From Octopus bimaculoides (taxonomy: Eukaryota), in NCBI RefSeq assembly GCF_001194135.2, contig NC_068981.1, positions 101,687,671 through 101,751,670 on the forward strand: a DNA stretch of 64,000 nt, written 5' to 3'. Under the pieces are notes generated by a model that saw nothing but the letters and a program-made list of their open reading frames with translations, did no database searches and was not told the origin of the DNA. Below, piece by piece: positions 50,491 to 62,281 of this stretch; position 1 is the first letter of the stretch, and every line of letters starts with the position of its first letter. Made by a program: the position numbers and the translations under genes.

Positions 50491-51552
50491 CCTCTATATA
50501 TATATATATAAGCATATGAAAGATATAGAAACAGGAAAACAAGGAAAGTGAAGAGGACGTACACAGTGAATGTATTACACTGATGCTCAGAGAAAGTTTA
50601 AGATGGAAAAAAGGAGAGGGTGTGATGTTTCAAGCATGGCTCTTCATCTGAAAGTGGAAAGAGGGAAAAGTCCAGAGAGAAGGAAAAGAATAGTCCGAGA
50701 AAAGTACATGTATCATTACATGGCTGAAAAATAACCGACTGGCAGTGGAAAGAAATAGAGAAAGTGGGTTTTGAAGGTAGGGGAGTCCAAAAATGGCTAG
50801 TGTGTGTGTGTGTATGTGTATACGAGGGAGTGATGCAAACAGGTTAGTACCAGTAGCCAGATTTAGTGATGCATACACACACACATGCATAAATAGGTAT
50901 TATCAACTGCACATACTCAATGTGAGTGTTTTGCTTGTTTGCCAGTATGCTACAGTTTAGTGCAATGGGGTTGACTCCCTCAAAGCACTGGGTGTTAAAA
51001 CACTTGAAAATCATAGACAGGCAACAAAACTCACCCCCAATCCTATTTAGGAGTGATGGATATTGATATTTTGCCAATTTTGTGGTTTATCAATATCACA
51101 TACATGAATCAAACTGAATCGCCAGTCTATGACTATATATGCAAATAGTTTAAAAACCATTTGCTGGTATCCCATGACAATGTATACATAGTATTAAATT
51201 TAATTATGAATTAGAAGCAGCACTAGTGTTCTAAACATTATTGGCTGCACATACTCAATGTGTATGTTTTGCTTGTTCACCAGCTGCAGTTTACTGTGGT
51301 GGGGATGGTTCCCTCAAAGCCGGGTGTTAAAACACTTAAAAGTAATAAACAGGTGAGACATGCCTGTTTATGAATTTCAAGTGATTAAAAGGATTCTCAA
51401 AATTATTTGTATAAAATATCTTTCTCTCAATATTTTTGCTATTCATTCTGTGGGGATTATAACATACTTATTTGATATACACTTGGATTGGCAAAGAGGC
51501 TTCTTAATAATTGACCAAAGTATAACTTATCATTCTTTAGTCAATTAAAAGG

Positions 51553-52778
51553 TGTAAAATAGGCTGGGAAAAGTTCAGAGAGCTTCTACTTCTGCTGGTA
51601 ACAAAGCATCTCGCTCAGAGTGAATGGCAGACTGTATGATGCCTGTGTGTTAACAGCCATGCTACACGGCAGTGAAACATGGGCTGTGATTACTGAGGAC
51701 ATGCGTAAGCTTGTAAGAAATGAAGCTAGTATGCTCCACTGGATGTATAATGTCAGTGTGCATGCATGACAGAATGTAAGCGTCCTGAGAGAAAAGTTGG
51801 ACATAAGAAGCATCAGATGTGGTGTGCAAGAGAGATGACTGCGCTGGTATGGTCATGTATTTCGTATGGACGAGGACAGCGGTGTGAAGAAGTGTCACAC
51901 TCTAAACAGTGGAGGGAACCTGTAGTTGAGGTAGACCCAGGAAGACATGGGACGAGGTAGTGAAGCACGATCTTCGAATATTGGGGCTCACAGAAGCAAT
52001 GACAAGTGACTGAGATCTTTGGAGATATGCTGTGCTTGAGAAGACCCTTCAAGCCAAGTGAGATAGTAGTTGTGGCCGATGCCAGTGTCATGCAACTGAC
52101 CTGTTAAAAGCACCCTTCAATTGTTGAGCAATATACTGTGCTTGTAAACCTGTTAAACCAAGTGAAATCATAGTTGTAGCTGATGCCAGTGCCGTCTGAT
52201 TGGCACCCATGCTGATGGCACATAAAAGGCACCATTTGAGCATTGGGCCTCTTGGAAGCAGTGACATCAAGCCAAATGAGATTGTAGTTGTGGCTGATGC
52301 CAGCATTGCATAACTGGCCTGTTGAAAGCACTCTTCAATTGTTGGGCAATATGTTGTGCTTGTGAAGTTCTGCCGAAACGAGTGAAATCATAGACATGGC
52401 TGATGCCAGTGCCGTTTGACTGGCACCCGTGCTGGTGGCACGTTAAGAGCACCATTTAAGTGGTGGGCCTCATGAAGGCAGTGACAGATGAACAAGACCT
52501 TTGGCAATATACTGTGCTTGTATAGATCTATCAAACCAAGTGAGGCAATAGTTGTAGCTGATGCCGGTGTCAAGTCATTGGCACTCATGCCAGTGTCATG
52601 AAAAAACACCCACTACACTCTCATAGTGGTTGGCATTAGGAAGGGCATCCAGCCATAGAAATCTTGCCAAATCAGATTGGAACCTGGTGCAGCCACCCCC
52701 AGTTTATCAGTTTTCAGTCAAACCATCCAACCCATGCTAGCATGGAAAGCAGTCATTAAATGATGATGATGATGATGA
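51553..52778 (+). mobile_element. RTE-clade LINE copy, 5'-truncated (ORF2 C-terminus plus repetitive 3'UTR)
   Basis: Degenerate translation IGWEKFRELLLLL...AMLHGSETWAV...REKLDIRSIRCGVQERRLRWYGHV, matching the minus-strand copy at 47.7-48.2 kb. It ends in ...catggaaagcagtcattaaa(tga)n. Confidence 0.92.
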
Positions 52779-53269
52779 TATATATTATATATTTTGCCTC
52801 TTTTATAGCTTATATCTTTTAGAAACCTAAACCCTTGTCATTATAATTTTTATGTCTGTTTCTTTTTCATTTTTTAATATCTGTTTGTAATTGTTTATAT
52901 CTCCATCTTGGAAGCTTTGTCACATTGTAATCGTGTTCTTCTGTTTCTTCAATTTCTTTTGATTTTTCTTTTTGTTTTCTCTTTTTATTTCTGATGTTTT
53001 CTGTAGTTTTTCATTGATCTGTTATCAGATTCAATAATGGCTGTGTTCTTGTTTATTTGTATTTGTTGTTAAGTTACGTTTTTTTATCAATTTGTATTTT
53101 TGTTTGTTTCATTTTGATTTTTCTAAATTAAATCTTAGATTAAATTTAGTCATTCATCTTTCATTCCTTCCAAGCAGTCAGATTTATGCACCCTTCCTCC
53201 CACACAGAGAAAAGCAATAAGGGGAAACAAACAGCCTTACAATTCTTCATTCATTTGGTTTCACATTTG

Positions 53270-53430
53270 TTTTTCAAAACTGGCATGGGTTAGACAAAAC
53301 TTGTTGTGGTAGGTTTTTTTGGTTTTTACATCCATTTTTCCAAACTAACATGGGTTAGACAAAACGTGTTGAGATAGATTTTTTGGTTGCACATCCATTT
53401 TTCCAAACTGACATGGGTTAGGCAAAACTT
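53270..53430. repeat. ~63-bp minisatellite, about 2.5 copies
   Basis: Unit ttttccaaactRRcatgggttagacaaaac... starts at 53270, 53335 and 53398. Confidence 0.85.
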
Positions 53431-53462
53431 GGGGCAAAGGTGAAAGCTTGGTAGGTGTGTGT

Positions 53463-53671
53463 TTGGCAGAAACATTAGCATGTTGGGTGAAATGCTTAGC
53501 AATATTTCATCTGCCTTTATGTTCAGAGTTCAAATTCTGTCATGGTTGACTTTGCTTTTCATCCCTTCAGGGTTGATAAAATAAGCACCAATTGAGCACT
53601 GTGGTTGATTTAATTGACTTAGTCCTTTCCCCAAGACTGCTGGCCTTGTACCAACTGTTGAAACCAATATT
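53463..53671 (+). mobile_element. SINE group A
   Basis: ttggcagaaacattagcatg...gagttcaaattctg...ccttgtaccaactgttgaaaccaatat. Confidence 0.85.
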
Positions 53672-55279
53672 TGATCCTTGTCTTTAAATATAGGGTAAAG
53701 ACTCCCTTCGGTCATGAATGACCATGGGATTCCACCTAGAAAGTTATCCTCTAGCCAAGATTGTTTATGGAAGACCAGCAGTCACCCATGCATACCAGCC
53801 TCCCCTCTCTACACTACTGATGTTATCCAAAGGAAAGGCAAAGGCTGATACAGCTTGGCACTAGTGATGTCGTAATGTGAAATGAAGTGTCTTGCTCAAG
53901 AACACAACACACAACCCAGTCTGGAAATTGGACTCACTACCACATGGTTGTGAGCCTGATGTTTTAACCACTGAGCCATGCACCTTCACACTCTTTATAT
54001 ATATATATATATGGAAAAGGGTGAAGTTGTTAGAGTGTAAAATGAGATGAGTTGAGTAATTGATTCCAGTTCTGTGTGCAGGGTTGTGGATTATTATATT
54101 GACTCCAGTCCTTATTTTTAAGTCTATCACTTATTTTATCAACCTCTATTTGGTGAGTTGCTAAGTTATGGGACATGGACATAGAGATGCATGCACAAAA
54201 ACACACACATGATGGCTTTTGTACAGTTTTGTCTTCCAAATTTTGCTCCCAAAACATTGGTCAACACAAGACTATTGTAGATAGTATTGGTCTCAGGTTC
54301 ACTTGGTCCACACACAGTGGGACTAAACCCCAAACTACATGATTATGAAGAGAATGTCTTAGCCATACAACAGAATTTTTTCCTTTCCATTTCATTGGTA
54401 GGTGAATAAGGAGTTTGTATCAAAAGAAATATTAACATGAAGACTGTTTTTTTTTCTTTCATAAGTTAGTGATGGAAGGAAAAGGCAGCAGATATGATAA
54501 TTGCAGGTCATACCAGGTTAGAAGTATTGTTGTAATTGATGATCATTTAAAACGAAGAAAACTAGCAACAAAGTGAAATCTGTCAGAGTTCTCAACAACT
54601 AATCAGGAAGTGTTTTAGGCTAGATGATAACCAGGACAGAGGTATTGTATAAGGAAACAAAGTAGGGTGGAGACAGTTGTTCCTGGGTGTAGGTGTGAAG
54701 AGGAGCAAAAGCTTCTTCTGGTCTGTCATCGTTGGAGAGTCAAAGGTGTCTTTCATCTGTATGAACAGATAACCTTTGCTAAGCCACTGGATTAGGATAA
54801 GGATGATGAAAGCAAACATTTTGTTGTTGTTTAGTTTTATGCTGGCTAACTCTGATTGAACAGACGAATGACCAAAGGCATTCCATCCTTGACCATCTTG
54901 TCATTTTCCTACGTGCAGAAAATCTAGGACCATGTTATCCAATGATCACATTAGGGTATAATATGAGACAGATTTGGTTGCTATTTCAAGCATTATAAAC
55001 GACCATGTAGAGGTTCACTCATTGGCTTTGAAAGCTATGATAATAGGGGATGATGCTGAGGATGGCAATAAATGATGATAAAGTGGATAACAGAGGTAAT
55101 AACAACAACATCTAAGATGATCACTGATGATGGTGATCATCATCCTCATCATCATTGGCCTCTTCACTGCTCCCCCCCTCTATCCAATAATTTTGGCTTG
55201 CTTTCCAGATTTTATTTGCACAGTCCAAGTGAAGGACGATAAATAAAGGATAAAATGAAAATTATACATGCAGATGGCA

Positions 55280-55316
<37 letters not shown>

Positions 55317-56152
55317 GGATGGGGGGACAAGGTGAGAAAAAGAGAATAAAGAGAGAAAGAGAGGAGCAGAGAGCAGGAGTGTTTGAAAATTAGAGAAAGA
55401 GAAAGTAAGCATGTGGGTGGAAGGATAGGTCAGATGGGATGGGGTGGTAAATAGAGATGCACAAAATAGATTCTGCACATGCACTCAGACAGAGTGCCAA
55501 CACTTGCACACTAGCTGCACTTGCACAATAAACCATTTCAGGAATAAATATAATGGAGTAAATTGCCAAGAAAAATTTGGCTCCAATTTAGCTAAATCTG
55601 AAAATAAAACAATGGGAAAAGAGAATCATTTTGAATGATGTGTGGTGTATGTGTAAGTGTATATTGGTTGAGTATGTGTGTGGTTAGGAGTGACCGTGTT
55701 AAAGAATACATATGGAAGTAGCTAGAGGGGCACATACATGTGCACACATACACACACTCGAGTATATAAGATATATGTGCATGTAAACACGTGTATACAA
55801 ATGTGCTCCAAGAAGCATTCATGCAAAATATTATAGATATGCAAAGATACATAACGTATGTGTATGTGTGTGGGTGTGCATGTACAGTGAAGGCATGTGG
55901 CTTAATGGTTTGGGTATTTGGCTCATGATCTTAAGGTCGTGAGTTCAATTCCCAACAGTGCATTGTGTTCTTGAGCAAGGCACTTAACTTCCTGTTGCTC
56001 CTGTTCACTCAGCTGGAAAGAATGAGTATCACCTGTAATTCAATAGGCAAGTCTTGTCACACTCTGTATCATGATGAAATCTCCCTGAGAACTACGTTAA
56101 GGGTACACAGGTCTGAAGTGTATGCATGTACATGTCGATATATACATGTACA

Positions 56153-56189
<37 letters not shown>

Positions 56190-56855
56190 ATGTCTTTTTC
56201 TCTCTTCATATATATACACACACATACATATATATTCATACACACACATACATATATATTCATACACACACACAACACTTCACATCCTTAAGACGTGAAG
56301 TGTTGTTAGTGAGTGTGTAAAAATGTCATGTAGTTATTATCACAGGAATTTGAAGTTTGTCCATTAAATTTCTAACAACATCAGCCATGTGTTTACTACA
56401 TGACAAGTATATGTTTTCTATGCAGTTATTTAACATTGTGCCATGTTATAAGCAAGACTTCAATCATTATTTACTTTTGTGGGGAATTTTATACAGTATG
56501 GATACTTTGTCTCATAATGTCTAATTAACTACTTCGTTCTGTGTTGTGTGGTGTGATGAGGTATTGCAATTGCTGCTTTTTGTGATAAGCTTATGCATAA
56601 TAAACCTATGTGAGACTGTTGTACTGGAGTAACCAATATAACAGTACTATATAGTATCTTATAGCTATTTATTATGTATACAAACTTAAATGTTGCTGAA
56701 CAGGATCATCTGATTTGCATAACAGTGCATGTGGTGATAACATTTTTATTTAATCAAATGATGCAGAGATCATCTAATTTGCATAATAATGAATGTGATA
56801 AAATGTGCTTAATTAATAAAACAGTGCCAAGAGCATTAATTCCATCAGTTTTATT

Positions 56856-56908
<53 letters not shown>

Positions 56909-57534
56909 AAATTGTATGAAATCATTTGCATATATAGATGCACACGCAAAATTAAATTTAAATGGATGTTATATGTATGTATGTGTTACAGAAGAACAAC
57001 TGTTAAAAGGGGAAAAAGTAGAGACAGGAGTGGAGTATGGTAGGGCAGGAGATGAAAATGTTTTCTTTAAAGTGAAAAATAAGTGAAAGATGAGGAACAG
57101 CAAAGAAGTGAATGGGAGAGAGAAAGGATGATAAAAGGAAATTGGTGTAGCCAGTAGATAAAGATAAAAGAGTCAAGAAAAAAACATAGGAATTTCATTA
57201 TGCTTTAGAAGCATATCTTTACATAAAAACAGAAAAAAGGAGGAAGAAATATGCATATAAAAAAAATTAAGTCTCTTCAACAGAGAACTTTTCTTTAAAT
57301 AAGAGCTACATTTGATGAAGAGAGAAATCAAAAAGGCTAGCATTCAACCAGTTGGCATACATATTTGATCTGTGTGTGTGTTTAATATATATAAAGTGCA
57401 AGCATGGCAGTATTGCTAAGAATCTCACTTTGAATCCATGTGGTTTTAGGTTCAGTCCTACTGTGTGACACCTTTGGTGTCTTCAACTCTAGCCTCGTGG
57501 GTGAAGTTGCTTGATAGAAACCTGTATTGAAGAC

Positions 57535-57766
57535 GGCGAGCTGGCAGAAACGTAAGCACGCTGGTCGAAATGCTTGGCGGTATTTCATCAGCTGTTACGT
57601 TCTGAGTTCAAATTCTGCTGTGGTCGACTTTGCCTTTCATCCTTTCGGGGTCGATAAATTAAGTACCAGTTACGCACTGCGGTCGATGTAATCGACTTAA
57701 TCCCTTTGTCTGTCCTTGTTTGTCCCCTCTATGTTTAGCCCCTGGTGGGCAGTAAAGAAATAAAAA
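57535..57766 (+). mobile_element. tRNA-derived SINE group A, full-length young copy with 17-bp TSD
   Basis: A-box-like tggcagaaacg and B-box gagttcaaattc, with central gtcgactttgcctttcatcctttcggggtcgataaattaagtacc. Exact TSD aaacctgtattgaagac at 57518-57534 and 57767-57783. Many CpGs are retained. Confidence 0.92.
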
Positions 57767-58793
57767 AAACCTGTATTGAAGACAAACTATGTAGTGGGAG
57801 ACCATCACCTGTGACTACTGACGTGTACCACCAGAGAATAGATTGCACAGACAGACAAGTCACAATCTGTATGCTTGTTGCCTAAATGGGCTGTGGTTTA
57901 TAATGCATTACAGGAGACTGTGGAAGACTTTGGGTATTGGAAAGTGTTTGCACAGTATGCTGTATGTTAACTGTAGCTTTGTGTTGCAATATTGGTATTG
58001 CTTTCAGTCTGTGGAGAATTCAATAAATTATTGAAGTATTTTCTGTTAATATTCTCCTATCAAGTTTTGTCTTCTGGTATGTAAAGCAGAGTGTGGTAAT
58101 TTTTTAATGTTTTAAATGCATAGTTAGCCTATGAGAAAGTATTGTACATGTCTGGTCAGTCTAACAGTTGGAATTGTGAAGTTTGCAACTTCAATTTTTC
58201 CAGTAAAATTTCTCAGTTACATGAGTCATGTTTAGTTTGTTCTCAGGTTTAGATGCTGCAGTGTGATGTTAATAAAAGGGCTTTTGATCTCATTATTTTT
58301 ACAATATACTAGAAGTGCCAGCTTACAGTTAGATGTGACAAGTTTTGTGTTTCGTTCTCTGAGATTTTTGATTATTTGTTTGTCTGTTCTGTACCTGTAT
58401 ATTTTTTAGTAGGGGCATTGTTGAATTTATTTCTTACATGGTATTTCTGTCCATATTCATTAGTAACTTGGTTTACTACCCTGTTTGGATATTTGTTTTG
58501 ATTCAGCGTTTTATTCTGTGGATTTATTCATCTAGTGTTTTATTTGTGGAAGAAAATCTAAATTCTCTCTAATGTAGTGACTTTTACCACTGATATTTTG
58601 TAGTTATTTTTTTAAAATAAGCTCTAAAGATTCTTTTTTATTTTATTAGAACATTTAAATGCAAAAAGACAGGAAAGAGAAATAAGAAAGGAAAATAAAA
58701 TAAAAAAATAAAAGAAGATTGGAGGGGGGTAAAGCAGCAGAAGACGGAGCGGGAGGGGGTGATGGGTCACATATCTCAGAACAAATGGTGTGA

Positions 58794-58985
58794 TCAGTCA
58801 CGCCTTGCGGTAATGACCACAATGGTGTTGCCATAGAGAATGGCCAGTGACACTCGCTGCAGCAGCCACTCCACCTCATGGAGCTCATATCTCCAACAGA
58901 CTGCTGTTATCCCTATTTTGTGGAGGAAATTGATAGTATAGGGTCGTAGAACACCTGATGTCTTGCCGGTGACTGGCAAGCTCCT
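58794..58985 (-). mobile_element. C-terminal remnant of a CRE-like (restriction-like endonuclease) non-LTR retrotransposon
   Basis: Translation LPVTGKTSGVLRPYTINFLHKIG...EVEWLLQRVSLAILYGNTIVV* matches the P-x-x-x-ET-x-G-x-x-G...FL-QR-x-S-x-A-x-Q-RGN C-terminal signature from recall. It is a GC-richer island in AT-rich DNA. Confidence 0.6.
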
Positions 58986-59624
58986 GTATTTATTGATTTC
59001 TCTCTCCTCTGAGTTTTGGGCATTTGCTATCACCATACAGGTATATGTATTTGTTTGTATCTTTTGTGTAAAGTGATGTAATGTATGTATTACTTTTAAT
59101 CTGAATGTTTTTGTCTGGAAATGTAACTGTGTTGCTTTGGATGTTGAATTTAAGTACTGAATATAAGAGGAATCAACTGATCCATACAAGAGATGGTTGT
59201 ACTTGCATGGGTAAGTGATATGTATAGAGGGGAACAGTTTGGTAAAGAAAAAATGCCAAATAATCATGGTGGAAGGAACCCGCAGAAAAAGAAGGCTGAG
59301 AAAGACATGGGAAAAGTAGTGGAAGATGATGTTAGGTGGCTGAACCTAATGAAACAAATGACAAGACACTGTGCTGGAAATGACTTGTCCAACTCTGGCA
59401 AAAATGAAAGAATAAAAGGAAAAAAAAAGAAAAATGGTGATGATAATGTAGACAATAAAAACGATTTAAAAAATTATAATTTCCAATATATATTATAAGA
59501 ATCTAATTTATAACAGAAATTTATTGTGTGTGCACAAGTTGATATAATTGCTGTAAAGAATGGAAACATGAAACATAAATACTGCATGAAGCCTCAGTTT
59601 TGAATAATTTATATATATACATAA

Positions 59625-59667
<43 letters not shown>

Positions 59668-60521
59668 AAGACTATAGGTGGGGAGGGGACCTGAGAGATG
59701 CATGCTCAACTTGAATGTCTTTCAGCTATGGCAAACCTCCTGCATTCATTACTGAAGTTACCCTGTTATACAGAAGGACACTTCTTGCAGACACCTGATG
59801 TGGTTAGTATGTATCCATTTATACTGGGGAAAGAAGCACTTTGTTACCAACAGAGTTAATGGTTTTCTAAAGTTACACCACTATCGAATTCTAAATCACA
59901 TTCAGAAGAAAGCCATCTGCCTCATTTCTGAAACTTCCTTTATAGAATATCTTCAATTTCCTTGCTAACTGATATCCTTTCTCTCTTGCTCTCACCCCCT
60001 CCCTATCTCTCTCTCTCTCTCAGCATTACTATAACAAACAGAGTTTGTTCTCAAAAATTTACTGACTGCACTTACTTCACCTTCATCTCTCAGTTTTTCA
60101 TTGTTTGTGTTCAGCTTATTCCCCCAAACACTATATCAAGTAATACACACACACAAATAAAATATCTAAATAATGTCTGTTATGACTTGTCAATATTATC
60201 ATAATTTTACAGACTATTAACCTCATCTTTAGAGTATATATATCCAATACTTATATCTATGCTATATTCTGATTGGTTTGATTCTGATCATTTTCAGATA
60301 TCTTATTCTTGGATATGTATATTGTGAGTGGCCTAGTGTAGTGGCACTCAAACTTATTCTGTTTCAGAACCCATTATTTGATTTTCCAAAAATTGTGAAA
60401 TCTATACTTATATTCATAGACAACTCCTGCCACTCTGATTGTAATAAGACATTAAACAAAACAAATATCATTTTGAAGAGAAGACTTCTTCATAAAATAA
60501 AAACATAAATAATGTATTGAA

Positions 60522-61145
60522 ATGCTGTGAAATAGAAGAAACACAGTCATGGGAGGCAATCAAGAAAGGGACACATCACAAGTTATAACCCTTATGCAAA
60601 AAAACCTTGTGTGATTTGTGAGGCTAGCAAAAGTTGGGTGCGTTTGACATGTGTAGAGGTGATTTTTGAAGGAGCTGATATGTGTGTAGGGGGTGGGGGG
60701 TGGAGTGAAGATTGGGTGGGTGCCCAAACCAATAACTTAATTCGTGGTTACATTTGTGTATATGTGTTTCTGTGCATGTGGTTTGGTGTGGTCAAAACTT
60801 TGATAGACTCTCAGGTTGTAATAATGGAAGGACCAGTGAAGGTGGTCCTAACATTTATAAATATGGTGGAACCTGAAGGCTAGTGATCACATACTTTTTT
60901 TCATGTGGGCATGAGTGGAAAATCTTGCTTTTGCAGTTAAGGTAGGCACCCACCCTATCCCTCCTGTAAAAACACCACAACACACATATCAATCCCTCCA
61001 AAATACACCTCACACACATATCAACCCCAACCAATTTTTGCTGGCTTCATAACTCACTCAAGTTTTTTTTGTGGAAGGGTCATAACTCTTGATGGATCTC
61101 TCCCTTGATTGCTTCCTGTGATTTTGTTTCTATTCTTCACAGCAT
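60522..61145. mobile_element. Long-TIR foldback/MITE-like element
   Basis: ~200-bp diverged inverted arms (60522-60730 and ~60945-61145), e.g. atgctgtgaaatagaag...gcaatcaag...gggtgggtgcc versus its reverse complement, around a ~215-bp spacer. Confidence 0.7.
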
Positions 61146-61842
61146 GCACAAACCAGATATGACACTTCTTCACCTCCAACTACTTAGAGCAGTCACCATT
61201 TTCTCTGTACTGGCCATCTCTGATAATTATTAAAGGTTATTAGATAATCTAATTATCTAATATCCAGTGTGAAACAGATTGGTAAGATTGGCTGTAATGG
61301 ATCTATAATGCTGATATTTTGATCAATATACCCACTCTTTTGACAAATATACAAGTGCATATTTTTCCTGACTTATGGATTTTTAGTTAACTATGTATGT
61401 AGGTGTGTGTGTAAGTGTGTACACATACATACATTGCTCTCCCACAGTTCATCTGCTGTGGTATGGTTATCGATAACTTTGGTGAAGTTCATTGAACATA
61501 ACAGAAGTAATAATGATAACATTCTGATAATGAACTAATTTTAGTTTTGAAGTAAGAATGTTTTTAATAGCTAATTAAATATGGCAATAAGTGTCAGATA
61601 TATTGAAGAGAAGATACCTTATCTGATAACCCAACTAATAGACAATTGTCTAGTCTTGCTTGATAAGCGATTTATGTAAAGCATAGAGATAGAGATAGAG
61701 GGACTGAGTGGATAAGTGATAGAAACAGAGAAAGAGTTAAATGCAACAAGGTAGAAATGCAGTAGAGAAGTGTGTATGAGAGAGGAGACGGGGGAGGAGA
61801 GAGAGAGAGAGAGATATAGAACTATTTCTTGAATACATTTCA

Positions 61843-61987
61843 GGTATGGCTGTGTGGTTAGACACTTGCTTCCCAACCACATAGTTGTGGGTTCAGTCCA
61901 CTGTGTGGCTCCCTTGGGAAAGTGTCTTCTTGGGCCAACCACAACCTTGTGAGTGGATTTCATAGATGGAAACTAAAAGAAGCCCAT

Positions 61988-62036
<49 letters not shown>

Positions 62037-62281
62037 ACGTGTGTGTGTGTGTGTGTGTGTGTGCGTCTTTGTGTCTGTGCTTGTCTCCCACAACCGTTTA
62101 ACAACTGGTGTTGTTGTGTTTACATCCCTGTAACTTAGAAGTTCATCAAGAGACCGATAGAGTAAGAACTAGACTTAAAAAGAAATAAGTCCTGGAGTCA
62201 AATTATCCAGCTAAAACCCTTTAAGGTGGTGCCCCAGGATGGCCACAGTCTAATGACTGAAACAAAATAAAAGATAAAAGA
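61843..62281 (+). mobile_element. SINE group B, full length, diverged
   Basis: ggtatggctgtgtggttagacacttgcttcccaaccac...ggatggccacagtctaatgactgaaacaaaataaaaga. Confidence 0.88.
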
